A DNA stretch of 63,127 bases, counting the filler, from Choristocarpus tenellus KU-1152 (Eukaryota > Protista > Phaeophyceae): NCBI GenBank assembly GCA_964200185.2. It is 10 parts of 10 records of this genome, joined end to end, with 100 filler letters (N's around TTAATTAATTAA, not from the genome) between each part and the next. Parts side by side here need not be neighbours in the genome. Positions count along the whole stretch, not along the records: positions 29,220 to 43,524 come from CAXNAD020001230.1; positions 43,625 to 49,105 come from CAXNAD020010647.1; positions 49,206 to 52,361 come from CAXNAD020021903.1; 7 more parts are not named here. The stretch is one strand, 5' to 3'. Shown one piece after another: positions 37,046 through 50,579 of the stretch. Below the pieces are notes generated by a model that was not told the DNA's origin, searched no databases, and saw only the letters and a program-made list of their open reading frames with translations. The position numbers and the translations under genes were made by a program. Position 1 is the stretch's first letter. Every line of letters starts with the position of its first letter.

Positions 37046-40000
37046 TCACTCAAAATATGAGCTGGGTTTGAAACAAGCCCCAGCAAGTTGACCGGCATTG
37101 TCCCTTGCATTCACGTTGGCTCCCACCAGCACTAGCATCCTTACAACTGAGCTCCTAATATAACCAACAGGGCAAGGTTGGAGGCAAGGAATTCATTCAT
37201 GAATCAGGACATTTCCATGGAGAGATGGGTGTGTGACAGAGAGGTAGTCTTGCAGACTGTCACAACGTTTTTTTCTGATCATAGTGCCCAAGATAGTCCT
37301 AAAAAGAAAACGCTGCGCTCTTCGTGATGGAGTAGGGGCATACCTGCTCTCTGGATGGAACACAATAGTTTGAATTGTTGCTTACCACTTGGAGATATTG
37401 TGAGAAAAAAAAAGATGAATGTGAGTACAGAATGAAGAGGCACCTACCTGCAGTTGTACACAGCAAAATGAAGAGGACAGTTTCCTGTAGACTCTTGAGC
37501 CCTTTCCGTGTCAGCCCCTGCTTCAACGAGGTACTTTGCTGTTGAAACGCGGCCGGTGGCAGCTGCCCACATGAGTGCCGTCATTCCTGTGTCATCCAAT
37601 GCATCGACGTCCTCCCCTTCCACCAATGCCTGCTTCACTACGCTCACCTGCCAATATGGCAAAGGTTGAAGGGCACAAATATATATAGTTTATTATTATT
37701 GTTGTTCTTATGGTTGTTGATAACCATTATGGGCTAGAGACCATGGGCATATATTGGATAAGGTTAGGGCATAGGACTTGAGAGCCTTTGTCCAATGTGG
37801 CTGGTAGGGAGCATGCAGCGACCCTAGGTATTTAGGAGGGTAGGGTCGCGTCCGTTCAGGGTCATAAATCCAATGTTGTTGCGATTTTGATGAATTTTGG
37901 CTATCGTGTTTGTTAGCAAGTGTCAATATCCTTGCTCCAGACACAGCTTTCATAGTCATGTACATTTTAGGTAACTGCGTTCACACAGAAAACCGAAAAA
38001 GGGCATAAAAAACCCGTGGGAAGCCAAGCCCTGAATGGACAAACAGGGCAAAACTCCCACCCTCTGAAATGCTTTGACTCAGAACAAGGAGAGTGGCGGA
38101 CAAAGATTGTACCGGAAATGAACTTTAGGACTTGGTCCAAAACCGTTGCCTGGGTTCGTTCTTGGGTTGATGATGTACCCTGAACCAGTACATTCAAAAT
38201 GGCCTGTCTTCCTATCCTGAAGTACACTGATGAGCCATGTGCTGAACACTAGAGTGCCAACACCGTACAGGGTATCTCCTGCACAACAGGGCCTTGGCTA
38301 TTTAAAAAAAAAATCAACTTCATTGGCGTATCTTGTTGCAGTGACAGCAGAGAGTGTACCCTCCAATCGTGGGGACCTTCTCTCAGCGACAGAGACAACG
38401 AGAACGAGAACGTGAAGCGGAAACAGTTCTTACCAAGCTCAATGAAATATATCTGGCCTTACCCGTGTTGTATCGAGTCAACAAGATAACCTAGAGGTGG
38501 GTGATGTTGATCGGAAGGGGTCCCCGTGAGTTGCTTCTGGATTTGATGTTTTTTTGCGAAATTGTTTATGGGGGAAAGGGAACTTTGTTAATCTGGACAC
38601 ACATCTCCTATATCTACAGACTCCTGAAGAGGGTTACGTGTATTTGGGCCATGGAAATGGGGTGTGAGGTGCCGTATTTCGTAGTTCCTCATACGATCAC
38701 AATGGTCAAAATCCACCTCAGACTAGGATGCTTTCGTCCAAACATACCGTAGAATACTTTCTTTAGATAGGGCAAATAATCGGCCAACAAAAAGAGTTTT
38801 ATTGTTCTTCCAACCCACCCATTTACGCCCGCCTTGCCTGCCCATCCCTAGCTGCGCGAAAGATATCTAGGATTCCACCAGGTCCTGTCTTGTACAACTG
38901 AAGGGTGCCTGCCAGGCTGGCCCCCTTAAGGCCTGTAACCTTTCCTGATGCCCCTCTGACTTTGGACCTTGCAACCGGTGATAAAGGTAAGGGAGATGTT
39001 AACCCGATCCTGCTTTTCCTGGCAATATTCCCTTCAGAAGAGTCTCGTTCCGATAGCATGGTTTTGGCACTGGAGATGCTGCTCCTATGGTATTGGAGTT
39101 GGTGGAGCTCATGGCAGGGAGTTGGGTTCTCTTCGTCGCCAGTTGGAGGGACTGTTGCTGATGCATTCAATGTATCTATATTTCCTATTGTTGCCTTTAT
39201 TGACAAGCTTTCCTCTTCCCAAGGCATTATCGGTCGGTGGACTGAAGGGTCTCTTTTGGGGAGGTCTGAGTCTGACATCTCACCGTTGATTCTGAATGAG
39301 TCTGATATTGACCCACTGACTTCCCGCCCTCTGGATTTTCTACCTTCTTCCTTGTGGCACGTCTTTGCCCCTCGCTGTATGGTCTGGGTCCCTTCATGCC
39401 TTCTTTTCAATGTCGTTGAGTTTGGGATGATATTGACCTCTGGTCGAGCGAGAAGATTCTCCTTACTAACGCGAATCAAGGTGCGCACCTGGGGCATTGA
39501 AAATTGTTTTTTTTGGGGTTATTAGGGTTTGGAATATCAGGGCTTAGAAGATCTTTGATAGCATCTAGTGCAACTCAGGTAGGCTTTGATGGAAAGCTTG
39601 GTTACATTTGTTTGGTTTAGCAGAAGAAGTAAAGTGGGTTTTGGAAAGAGACGTGTTTTGTTCCTGATAGATGGTTCTCAAGGCAGAACAAAGATTAGAT
39701 TGTGAGAGGAAAAAAATGGACATCTGTACATGGATAAAGGGTCAATCCTTATACTGTAACAATAATTTGGGGGCACAGGAGACCTCAAAAATCGTTTTCT
39801 GGGCGTGTAATTCGGGCGATATCTCGGTTTTTTCGTTTCGATGCCCTTATTTCCTCAATCATACGTATATTTGTTCGTGACATGTGACCATTCAACATCA
39901 TAATGACAGCATGCGAAACAGAATTTGGATGATATTAGGATGTTGATCATCTTCGATATACTCTCGAGTCTCTCTCATCAAGCTCTAGACCCAGAATAAT

Positions 40001-41140
40001 ACAAAAACTGGAGCAGGGTGAGCAACAAATGAAGCCCTTCGTCCCAAAACCTGCAGCAAAGCTAAGGCAGCCAACTGACCTCATCCACGACAAACTCTGA
40101 GATGTGGTCATCGAAGATCTCACACGGAACATTCCCATAGAAATCCTGGGCTTCCGCATCAGCTCCAGCTTCCAATAGGATCTTCACACACTGTGGATGC
40201 CCCCAGTAGCAAGCCTTGTTTCAAGGCAACAAGTTAGGGGTATTTGGGCAGGAAGAGAATATCAATATATTCGGATATTATGCAACTCCATATAGATAAC
40301 CAGTGGACATGTAAGCGTGTATGAAAAAGTGTGAGCATTCATTATTGGAAGAGTGTCAGAGGTACGAGGTAGCAACAAATAGGCGTCAGTGGGGAGTGAT
40401 TATATTTTCTGTAAAGAGGAATGATACATTTTGCACACCAAAGCACCAATCTTGAGATCAGGAAGTTATGGAAGGAGTAGTTTGTATCCAACGTGCACTG
40501 TGCCCGACTTCAGGATGGACTCCTCCCTTTTCTCACAAAATGCAACGGCGTGTCCTGAATGAAGTCCATGCTGTTGACATCAGCTCCACACTCGATGAGG
40601 AAATCAACAGTCTCCTCCTGTCCCCATTGAGCAGCAAAGTGTAGTGGGGTTTTCTGGGTGTTGTCCTTGACGTTCACAGGCTTGCCCGCGTCCACCCATC
40701 TCCTTGATTGATGCAACCCAACACAACAGATATAACAAAATAATGTACAAAACTCGAGTGAATCCTAGGCTATCGAGGATAGTTAAAGGGAGCAAAGAGC
40801 TAATTTGACCAGGGAATATTCCAAAGTGCTTGGAAATACTTCGTACTTGCCAAGACGCAAGCACGGTCACCATCTGCAAGGTCTCAATTAAGTCAGCCCT
40901 ACTTCAGCTCGATCTTGATGGGATACTAGCTACTGTTACTCGTAGTGTGTAGCTCAGAGAGCTTCAGAGGTGCCTCAATCAATATCAAACCGCTTTGCGC
41001 CTACGGTCCACTAGGGGGAAATCAAATGCCGAGGAGACCTCTCCAACTATGTATAATCACCTGACTTCGTTGATATGCCCGGACCTTGCAGCCTCGTGCA
41101 CGTCAATATATGACCCCGTGCCAAAGAGCACATTGCCCAT
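37046..41140 (-). CDS. Ankyrin-repeat protein with two ankyrin clusters separated by a disordered linker
   Basis: Exons 41140-41061, 40702-40537, 40214-40080, 39488-38838, 37647-37448 and 37154-~37046 are phase-compatible. Repeats: DVHEAARSGHINEV, KTPLHFAAQWGQEETVDFLIECGADVN, DTPLHFACYWGHPQCVKILLEAGAD, DIFRAARDGQVSVV, GMTALMWAAATG, GNCPLHFAVYN. The 3' end is either a TGA or a GTGAGT donor. Confidence 0.85.
37820..38080 (+). mobile_element. MITE family A, diverged full-length copy (intronic)
   Basis: Internal sequence colinear with other copies; degraded TIRs (...cctctgaaatgctttgactc). Confidence 0.85.
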
Positions 41141-41322
41141 GGCAAGCTGTACCAACAGGGGAGTCGTGAAGATCTAAACCTGGAAGCGCACCTCTTAAGG
41201 GCGCTGTATAAACCACAATCGTAGGAAAGTGAAACGCCTATTCTTGAAACGTCACTTTACTCCGAATGATCGATTATATTACGACCACCACAACATGACC
41301 AAACCTGGGAATAAACAAGAAA

Positions 41323-42942
41323 ATGCGGATACAGCAGGGCAAAGAAGACACGGATGGTCCTGGTGGGACATTAGCTCTAGCTCGCTTGTTGCGTGAAGCC
41401 GAGGAGGGCAAGGGGCTAGGGTCAGACTACGGCCTTGCCCTGCGGGAGGCCACTAGCAACGATATTGCACCGTTTGGACCCTTCGCCTCATCAACTCCCG
41501 TTGCTTTTTCTCGAAAGAGGTAGGCACTAAAAGCAAGATCTGGGTGTGAATATAGATCTCGGTGTATGCAGTCCTCAGTAATGGCGTTTCCCAGTACGCT
41601 TTAGAGTAGATTGAAGAGGAAAAATGGTGTGTTGTGATGAGAATGTGGCAGGTAGCCCACAGTATCCTTCGATATCCCGTCCACAATATCACATCCTACT
41701 GCCAAAATAGCAGGAGCAGAAAATTTCAGTCTACTGCAGGCAAGGTGCACCCTACACTGGACAGCAATGAGGTCAGTAAAGAACGCAGAATGGGGAGCGA
41801 AAAGGTTACAATGGACAAAAATCGTCTGACATGGTCTGGCACAGGAGGGACTACCAGATCGAAACGCAAGCCTACAATGGAGGGTGAGTCAAGGTCATCA
41901 TATGTACAGTACGCGATAATGGATAATCCATTGAGAAAAGAAGGGGCATCACCATCTCTTGACAAGCAAGCGCCACCCTCAACCGCACATGCGGATCCTA
42001 CAACTAATCCATTTCTATGTGAAGATCCATGCCTAGAAATGGGGCGTGGTGGCAACATATCGGTGTATCATACCCTTAGTAAGTCAGGAAATCGGAAGAT
42101 CCCTTCTCATACTATGGTAGGGTCAATAAATGGCCCGGCACTGGCAAATAGAGGAGCTGGAGTCGTGGTTCCAAGTATGCAGACCCACCCGGCTGTCCTT
42201 GGAACTGCTTCTAGTGGGAAAATGTCTTGGGCAGGGAATTCACAAGAGAAGTCCCCTGAGAAGAACAATTTCGTACAGAAGACGGATATAGTTCTAGAAA
42301 GAACAAGGACTCCCGTTGCAACTAGCACAAACTCTGAGATTCTTCAAACTACTCAGAGCACAGGCAAGGAAATAAATACAAGAATTGAAAGTGATACGGC
42401 AACATGTGGTGTGGGATCGTCAAGTCTATGTGAATCGTCACACCTTTCTTTGTGCAGCACAGGTATCTTGAGGGCAGTAAATAGGCTCCCCTCCGCCTGT
42501 AGTCGACCAGACCTTAACCAGTGGGGTTCGGAGGGAGTTATGAATAAGACAACTTGGTCGAAGAAGGAGGGGTGCCCCTCAGCTCAGGTAGTAGGGGAGC
42601 TTTCAAAACTCTGCTCAACAACAGGATTTGGGGAGTGGGCTGGGGGGGTCATGAAGGTAGGAGAAATGGTGGAGAGGGAGGAAATGCTTGTGAAGAACAA
42701 CCTGACACAGGCACTGAGGATGGAGAGGACAATCCATGAGGGCATTGAAAAGGAGATAGGCCAAACAATGAAGAAGCTCCCTGCAATTTTCCTGAGAGAG
42801 GAAGGATTCTTTGAAGAGGCACTGCGTAGGGGCCTTGACAATATTGTGATGGCACTGAAAAAGCACCAGGTCTTGCTCAAGGCCCAGGCATTTGGAAGGT
42901 GGGTGTTAGCATTAATGACAGGAGATTGTGCAGAAAAGAAAA
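41323..42942 (+). CDS. 5' part of an unknown protein (two exons, ~41323-41519 and ~41711-42942)
   Basis: ATG-initiated exon ending AG|GTAGG, then a >400-codon open frame ending AAG|GTG. Mostly disordered, with a helical C-terminal part (LLKAQAFGRW). Confidence 0.65.
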
Positions 42943-43353
42943 GGTGCCCCAACAGCAGAACCTAAATATCATCATTTTTCAGCGAGATGTATGGGTGGAC
43001 AGTAGCAAATTCGAAGAAACCTGGACCTCCCAATGTACTTCTCACCTCTCCTCTTCTTTCACCTTGACGCGTACTTAGATGCTTGTGTAGAACATCATAG
43101 GTACTGTAGATGGATGGTGGAGGCATTCTATATTCTCTACTCAAAATTTCTGAGAAAATTGGTACAATCGTGGAAATTAATGCATTTCCAAGTGACAAGA
43201 AATGTGAAAGAACAACAGTAGCCATACATGGAAGTATTGGATATTTTTTTATCCAGACAAGGATACGATTGAGTGAGTCGGGCATTGTCGGGCAGAAGGC
43301 ACACAATTGACCAAGTGAAACATATAGGATGTATGTTAGTGAAAATAGTGCTA

Positions 43354-43354
<1 letters not shown>

Positions 43355-43384
<30 letters not shown>

Positions 43385-43454
43385 CATACATACATACATA
43401 AATACATACATACATACATACATACATACATACATACATACATACATAAATAAC

Positions 43455-43485
<31 letters not shown>

Positions 43486-43524
43486 CATACATAGATAAAT
43501 GCATAGATACATAGATACATACAT
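43355..43524 (+). repeat. (TACA)n microsatellite at contig end
   Basis: Read directly from the sequence. Confidence 0.97.
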
Positions 43525-45699
43525 NNNNNNNNNNNNNNNNNNNNNNNNNNNNNNNNNNNNNNNNNNNNTTAATTAATTAANNNNNNNNNNNNNNNNNNNN
43601 NNNNNNNNNNNNNNNNNNNNNNNNTCCCCCTTGCCCGTGCCTATCTCGTGAGCCTCCATTCCCATCCTCGATCGCCTCCACCTCGTCCCCATGTGGGCCT
43701 ATTCCGTTCTCTGTTCGTCCTTCTCCATTCTGCGAAATCGAGACCTGGGTATCTATTCCCGGAGCTGGGTTAATCCTTCCACTTATATTCGGTCCTTGCT
43801 TTGCCTGTCTCGTGTACCGTCGTCGCCTACCTCTATCACCTCCACAACCCCATCCCCTCCAACAATTTTCTTGTTATAATATTTGTTCATCTGACTGTTG
43901 ATTCACACATCGGTACTCGTCGTTACTCACATTTACACATCAATTACCACTACAACTCGATACTGCCTATAGTGGTACCAATACCTTATGGTTCTGGGGT
44001 TGTCCTGTCATAAATTTGATGTAGACATCGGATTAAAAAAAAATTGTATAAGAAAATATTCCTGATGCCCACCACAATATCCTCCAGGTTTGCGACATCG
44101 TGTTTTTTTTTCTATTTTTTTCTCAAAAAAGAGCGCTCATATTGGGGTTCGAACCATGGATTGTAGGTCACCAAGAATGGGAAGAGGTGTATTATTACCT
44201 TATTGAAATAAACCTGGTTAGGGCAATCTGTAAACGCCAACCAAACGAACAACCCAGGGAATGAATGCTAAATGTAAATGTAACTCTTGTTTCCATCTGC
44301 CACCAGGAATAACGAATGTGCTGGGCGCCTATGAGACTTGTACCTGTTGTACTCCTTGTCATTAGCTTCTGGTCCAGTGGCAGCCGTGTTGAAGTAGACA
44401 AGGTGGTGTGTGTATGCCTTCTTGCAGTACTTCTCGATGAGCCAAACAGCTTGCCTATCCTCAGCTGGTTTCAAGCTCAAAGTAACGTATTTTCGGAGTC
44501 ATCTAAATAATAGGTACAATGCTGTCGTAGCTAGTGCTTTGCTCGACCCCACACAAGCTCAATGGGATTGAGCTCACAGTGATACTTTGGGAGCATTAGG
44601 CATATCCCTTAACCGAATAGAATGAATAGTGGATGGGGCGTAACCCTTAAATTAACTTTATACGTCCAACCCTAAGTCCAGGAACAAAAGTGAGTGTACG
44701 GCATCTTGCAATACCTTTCACACCGTACAACCAGTGTGCAAATAGTCTCAATCTCACCTCCTCTTCTTCCCTGGCATCCTCATCGATGGCTACCTCCACC
44801 TGCTTCGCGACCTCTTCTAAGTAGAGGATTTGGTGGTAGTAAAATATCTCCATGGCTGCAAGTGTCAAAATCACTTTCTCCTCCGCTTTGCGAGCCCTTT
44901 CGACCTTCTTTCGGGCTTCAGAGCTCTTCTAGCCCAACCCTAACACCTTCTTTCTCGTTTCCTTAAGCCACTCCAGCTCGCATAGCTTCCAAACAGCTAG
45001 GTCCTCCTGTAACTGTCGATCACTAAGATATTCTACACCCAGGTTTTCGCTTAGGTATTTCCTGAGCGCAATGGCACGCAGTCGCACTGCTCTCCTCCCC
45101 AACCTTCCCTTTGACTGGCCACCCTGGTTGTGCCTTTGCCTGCCATGACCAGGTTCCCCACAGACTTCGTCACTGTACCACCTGGTGATGCACTCGCCGT
45201 TCTCTTCCTGCTATTCCAAGGCAGCAGAGTCTGCGAAACAGTGCTCGGTATCGGTTGAAGATCCAACCACATTTGTGTGGTAATGCTTTCCATGCATCTT
45301 CTCTCAGCGTCAGTGTCGCGGCTGCGTGGTCCATTTCGTGATTTGATCATGCTGCTACGCCACAGTACACGCACTTTCTCGTCGCCTAACATCGAACGAA
45401 TGTCACACGGTACTTGTTTTTTTGTCGCCTCTCTACAGAGAAGGTGCTGAGGGTAGATCCAGAGGGCAGAGTGGCCTCGGTGACTCTCCTTTTCTCACCG
45501 TCATGATCCATATTGCTGTGTGGGTTACCTGTGTGTGTGTCCTCACAGAAAGTCTGGAAAAGGCGTTAAAAAGGTGTCCGAGAATCTTGCTTTTTTCCGG
45601 TATGGCCATACGCATCGAATTTTGGCAGGGGTCTATCCCGGACCATGTTTTTGCGGGGAATTCAGCCAACCACTTCATTTTTGTCCGTTTTAAGGTTGT

Positions 45700-46350
45700 G
45701 ACCATCAAATTTACGCCGGAGTTATTCCCCTGCGTTTATTCCATTCTTCGATCGGGATATAGTTCCCTTTCACTGGAGTTAGTACATTGCTGTATACAAT
45801 CTTCAACCCTTCTTCGCATAAGCGTTCATTTGATTCATATATTGTTGCATACCTTCCATGGCAAGAAAGTGAAAAACAAGCAAGATTGCCGCAGACCGTG
45901 AAGCTATTGGTACCACTTTACCAAGTAAGCATTAGTCCACATCTGTCAAATATACAAGCATAGTATGCGCTATATCACTCCTCTCAGATAGCTATTCAAG
46001 TCTGTTTCTTTGTCTTTTATCATCACATCACAACCATTAGTTGTATCTCATGCGTTGACTATTATTTTTTTTCTCGTGTTCGCTTTGCCCCCACTTACAC
46101 CTGGAGTTCACACTGCATTAAGTGTACCTGATACACAACTGGATGCAATATATTCAGAGTTAAAAGATCCCGCAAAAGCTTCTTCACAAGGTGACAAGCC
46201 TTTACACAGAGCATGAAATTCTTCCTTCTTTGAATGCACCAACCAATACCCAACATTACTCCACCACATAACCTCTGACTGTGCAAAGCATGTCACTAGG
46301 TTCATCAGCCAAAATTCACTAGTGTTTCATTGCACTATGACACCCCTTCA
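45700..46350 (+). mobile_element. Ulp1/C48-like degenerate repeat copy
   Basis: 46100-46350 is homologous to the reverse complements of ~24400-24630 and ~51260-51480. Translations include FFDRDIVPFHWS* and ECTNQ..TSDCAKHV. Confidence 0.5.
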
Positions 46351-47499
46351 CAAATAACCAACCTGCCAGTGTAGGGGAGCACGATTAATTCAATCCCAGG
46401 TTTCAACGGGTTATGAGCCTCACACGATTCCCCTTCGCCCATTTAATCCCAGGTTTCAACACTGTTCCCCTCTTTCTCGAACACAAGAAATCTGCTATGT
46501 GTGCTACGATGCCAGCACTTTTCTCGAGTAGAAATCGTTGGATAAAAGCAAGAAGTTGTTATTCTCCTGTTACATGGATTCCCAAAGGAAAAATTGACTC
46601 CACTTTTCGCCACTATTACACTTTCCTTTTTCAAAAAGTTGATCTGCTCTCCGAACTTACGCACAAAAACATCTGGAAAAGTGTACAAAATACTCCCTTA
46701 AAAATGGCTGAAATACATGTCCAAAAACTTGTGAAAACTCCTGAAGCATTAAATAAATGATCCAAAATGGGTCGAAAATAGTCCCAGTCGGTTGGTTCTA
46801 AACTGTCTTAATCATCTTTCAAGAATATGACAAAAATATTGAGATTCGTCATTCCATATGAAGATGATTCATTAAGAGGCGTTTTCCTCCTATCCAATCT
46901 TTCAACTCTTCTCTCGACACTGGATATATTCTGCTTTTTCTCATCTGTCAGAACTTGGTTGACCACATTGCGAATTCTCCCGTCTATAGTAGTATCAAAT
47001 CATAATGCTTTCACTTTTCCGTTGAACAAAGGAGTAAGAACTATTACTATTATTTTATTATTGTGCCCTCTGACATTTTGTAGATGTGTCAGGGGGAAAC
47101 CAATGAATTATTGTTTGCTTCCTCCTCTGCGCGCAGTGTTGCGGTACTTCTTCACACAATTTTGGAACATGAACAAAACTAAACAAGGAACATCTACATC
47201 TCCAAAATAACAACTCCACCTTACAAGTACGGGCACAGACCGTAAGAACAGAAAGCCCACCTTCTGCCATTTGCCATGGCACTGACTCCTGAAGAGCGGG
47301 TGAGGTCCTATCATTGTTAGGCTATTTGCTACAACTCGGTTGGACTCGATGCTGGGCAAGGATTTAGTTATATTTGATGTATTCTCAAGGATCTCATATT
47401 GGAAATAGTTGGGAGGGTGAACATACACCCCATCAACACCAAGTAGATACATTGTTTTAGTTTGGTATGAGGTGGGCTCTGTTATTATTTGTAGCGATA

Positions 47500-48480
47500 A
47501 TAGTTAAGGGACGATTTTCCGCGACAAGATCAACGTGGACGTCTACAAATTCAGGAGACTCTTCACCCCTCATTCGTTTCCATAGCCAATAATCATTACT
47601 CCGTCCCCGTATTCCTGCAATTCCAGGAGAAAGGAATCCTCCTCCCGGGGAGCAAAGGGTCGATATGGCGGACCTGGATGGTCAGCTGCCAGGCTCGTTT
47701 TGGCTACTTCATTTTCCTTGTTGTCCTTTTCACCATCACAGGTGGCATGGCCATCTCTGTTCATACGTTCTTCCTCACCTTCATGCCTGAGAACAAGACC
47801 ACGGTAGGCACTATGAGCGCTGTCTGACTCCCTAAACTAGAATATTTACTTCCATCAACTTTATGGGATAAGATTCCATTTGAACTTTTGTTCAACCTCA
47901 CCCTCATCGGCGGACTGGAATACCGATTGATTCCCTCATGTTGCATTCTGTTTTTTTTGTATGTTGTCCTATATCTTAGCCCTGACAGCCCTTCGTATCC
48001 CCTCTTTTTACCTCGCGACACAAGACCGGTGCAACCAATTCTCAAGTCGATGATGGCGTCACCACGCGGTTCGGCGTTGGGGTGATGATGTTTCCAGCTG
48101 GCCTCTTCGCTTGTGCCTGGGTGTTTGACCAGGTACGGATCTATCACGTATGTGATGTCGATAGGGATACCTCGGATACCCATATGCGTGAACGGACGTA
48201 TAAATAGGAGGTGGGGGAATGGTGGGTGGCAGTTTGAGGCGAGGCGAGAAGCCTGAATTTTGATTCCTGTGCGTTTATCTCTCGGCTCAAGTGGGAGCCT
48301 TTGACCGATAGTGGGCATCAACATAAGAATGCTGGTTTGAAATATGTTATTGCTGGAGTGGAATGGGCCTCACGTGGAGGTCAACATGATCCGTATTCCC
48401 GTTCTGGTCACCACTTGTTGGTGCAAGAAGATGCTTCAATGAGAACAAAAATGTCAAATGTATCCCAACTAAGCGAAGGT
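47500..48480 (-). mobile_element. Highly decayed Gypsy-like LTR-retrotransposon pol 3' remnant
   Basis: Frameshifted pieces (..GIRGIPID.., ..RESDSA.., ..EYGDGV..) resemble the post-integrase region of brown-algal Gypsy elements as I recall them. Many stops. Confidence 0.35.
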
Positions 48481-49020
48481 CAAAATGACTTATTCTAATA
48501 TAAGTGCTGCAAAGACTTGTTTGCTTTTATTTTTTTGCTCTTGTGTATAATGTACAAGACCCACTCCACTAACTGTGGTAATAAATGTTTCATTGTGTAT
48601 AGTACGGTAACAGGAATGAATAGATTCTATAAAGCTTGATTCCAAAGCTCTCCACCCTCCACCCTCCACCCTCCATCCCTGTCACTTGTCCAAGGTTATG
48701 GAGCTTTGGACTGACACCCTGCGCCTAGAGGGTGGTGGCATGGCTAGCTTCAGGTGATTCAAAAATAGTCCTTACTACAATCTGTACTCTGGACTATCAT
48801 ACTTTAGAGTATTTTGTGGGGAACTCCCATGGTAGAACAGCTTCTTCAGGTGTTGTGCTAAAGATTTAACCGCAAAAGATTTCGACCTTGATGCAGACAA
48901 GTGATATCATATATAGTCCTGTACACACCGGTGTTTATAATAATCTGTTGCTTGTATATTTTATTGAGCACTAGCTGAAGCTGGTCACGAATTGCTTTTG
49001 CAAGCAAGATTGTTACATTT

Positions 49021-49105
49021 CGGTCAAAGTATCTGGGGGGGGGGGGGGGTCAGCGTCCGTTTTTCACCCTTTCACCCTTTTTTGATTTACTTTTTTGGTG
49101 TGAGT
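49021..49105 (+). mobile_element. MITE family B end, cut by contig break
   Basis: ggtcaaagtatct(g)n tcagcgtccgtttttcaccctt. Confidence 0.85.
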
Positions 49106-49205
49106 NNNNNNNNNNNNNNNNNNNNNNNNNNNNNNNNNNNNNNNNNNNNTTAATTAATTAANNNNNNNNNNNNNNNNNNNNNNNNNNNNNNNNNNNNNNN
49201 NNNNN

Positions 49206-49241
49206 CCTCACAAACCACCCCCCCCCCATATACTTTGACCC
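49206..49241 (-). mobile_element. MITE family B end at contig start
   Basis: cctcacaaacca(c)n atatactttgaccc; reverse complement of the end at 52269. Confidence 0.8.
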
Positions 49242-49243
49242 TA

Positions 49244-49610
49244 ATCTGTCCCAAGGGTCACAGAATACCGTTAGAGTCAGTTTGCATCCGGCCTAATATG
49301 AGTATACAACTTCAAAGTTACAAAGCATAAATCTCTGACATGGCCTAAAATAATGGGTCCCCAGTTCTGATCTCCCTAATCAAAAATGTGATTAATTTAT
49401 ATCCATGTTCTCTTAGAAAGTGTCTGTCCACAAGGTCACAGGATACTAACTCAGTCAAATTGCATCATCTAGCCTAATTCAACTATACAATTGTTCTTTC
49501 TGAGCCAGACCTTCAAAAGTTACAAAGTATACAACTCTAATAAGGTCTACAATTTATGGGTCCTCTGTTCCGGTCTTCCCAATCATAAATGTCAGTAATG
49601 CATATGCATG
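49244..49610 (+). repeat. Two diverged tandem units of ~180 bp
   Basis: Units start near 49244 and 49421 and share tctgtcc..ggtcaca..gcctaat..tatacaa..aaagttacaaag..atgggtcc..aatca.aaatgt..catg. Confidence 0.7.
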
Positions 49611-49689
49611 GGTTTCTGTTCCACACACTGCAAGGTTCTATTCCGTGTCTGCATCGTAAGTGTTATCAACGAATAGACTTACAACCCCT

Positions 49690-49950
49690 ATACTATCCAT
49701 GACCTACTGGATATCTGCTGATTGCCTGTCCTATGCCCCCAAAGCACAAAGCACATTTAAGGCGGCTAGTGCGCACCCACTCTTTGACCTTGGGAAGGAT
49801 GTCCTCGTCGAGGCCCAGAATGAAACGCCTCTCATTGCACCCTTGCTCTGACACCTTGATATGGCCCTTAGTTAGGAAGTCTCTCTCCCATTTACTCACA
49901 GTTTCCGACCTGACCATCGCCTATCCTGCTGCCATCTCGAGCGCAATACA
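49690..49950 (-). pseudogene. Possible DNA transposase N-terminal fragment
   Basis: ETVSKWERDFLTKGHIKVSEQG..ILGLDEDILPKVKEWVR resembles the helix-turn-helix region of IS630/Tc1-related transposases. Isolated fragment. Confidence 0.35.
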
Positions 49951-50579
49951 GGCAATGACAAAAAATAAAAATAAAACAGTATGAGAGTAAAAAACGGAGA
50001 GAAAAAAAAAGTATGGTAGGATCAGAACTAAGAAAAAAAAAACCCTTCAAAGAACAGAAGTGTGAGATATTCTTAAAAACAAAAGACAAAAAATAAACAT
50101 TACAGAAAGAATTTGCAAATAGGAAAGAGGAAAGAAAAATAGTGAAAAGTGTTAATTTTTGTTGATTACGGGTATGCAACCCATATATATTACTGTATGC
50201 TCTGATGTGTACAGCTTCTTGGTTCCAACTCTTGCCATCCTGCGTTCCTTTCAGTGACTATGACTATCGATGCCTTATTCTATTGTTCTGGCATGCACCA
50301 GCTACTCCTCTCCTTGTCTTTGGGGGATACAGTTGTTACCTGCTGGGAGGTCGTCTGGAGAAGGCACCCATCTCTCTCCTGTTGATTTCCTCCTTAATTT
50401 CCATCCTTTAACCGTACCCTCCAGTGTGGTGACTTGAAGTAAAAAACTGGGCTTGTGCACCACCTGTCTCTTCCTCTTTCACCCTTCCACGACTTTTTTA
50501 CACTGGTACCTATAGGGAAAAGGCGTAACACATCCTCTCAGGGCAAGATTTCCTTCCTGGGCCGGAAGGAACATTAGTT

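Noticed and set aside
42962-43520. ORFs with MYVC / HTYI repeats
   Set aside because: Translations of the (TACA)n microsatellite.
44143-44175. GGTTCGAACC B-box, suggesting a tRNA or SINE
   Set aside because: No A-box at the proper spacing, no cloverleaf, and no second copy in the window.
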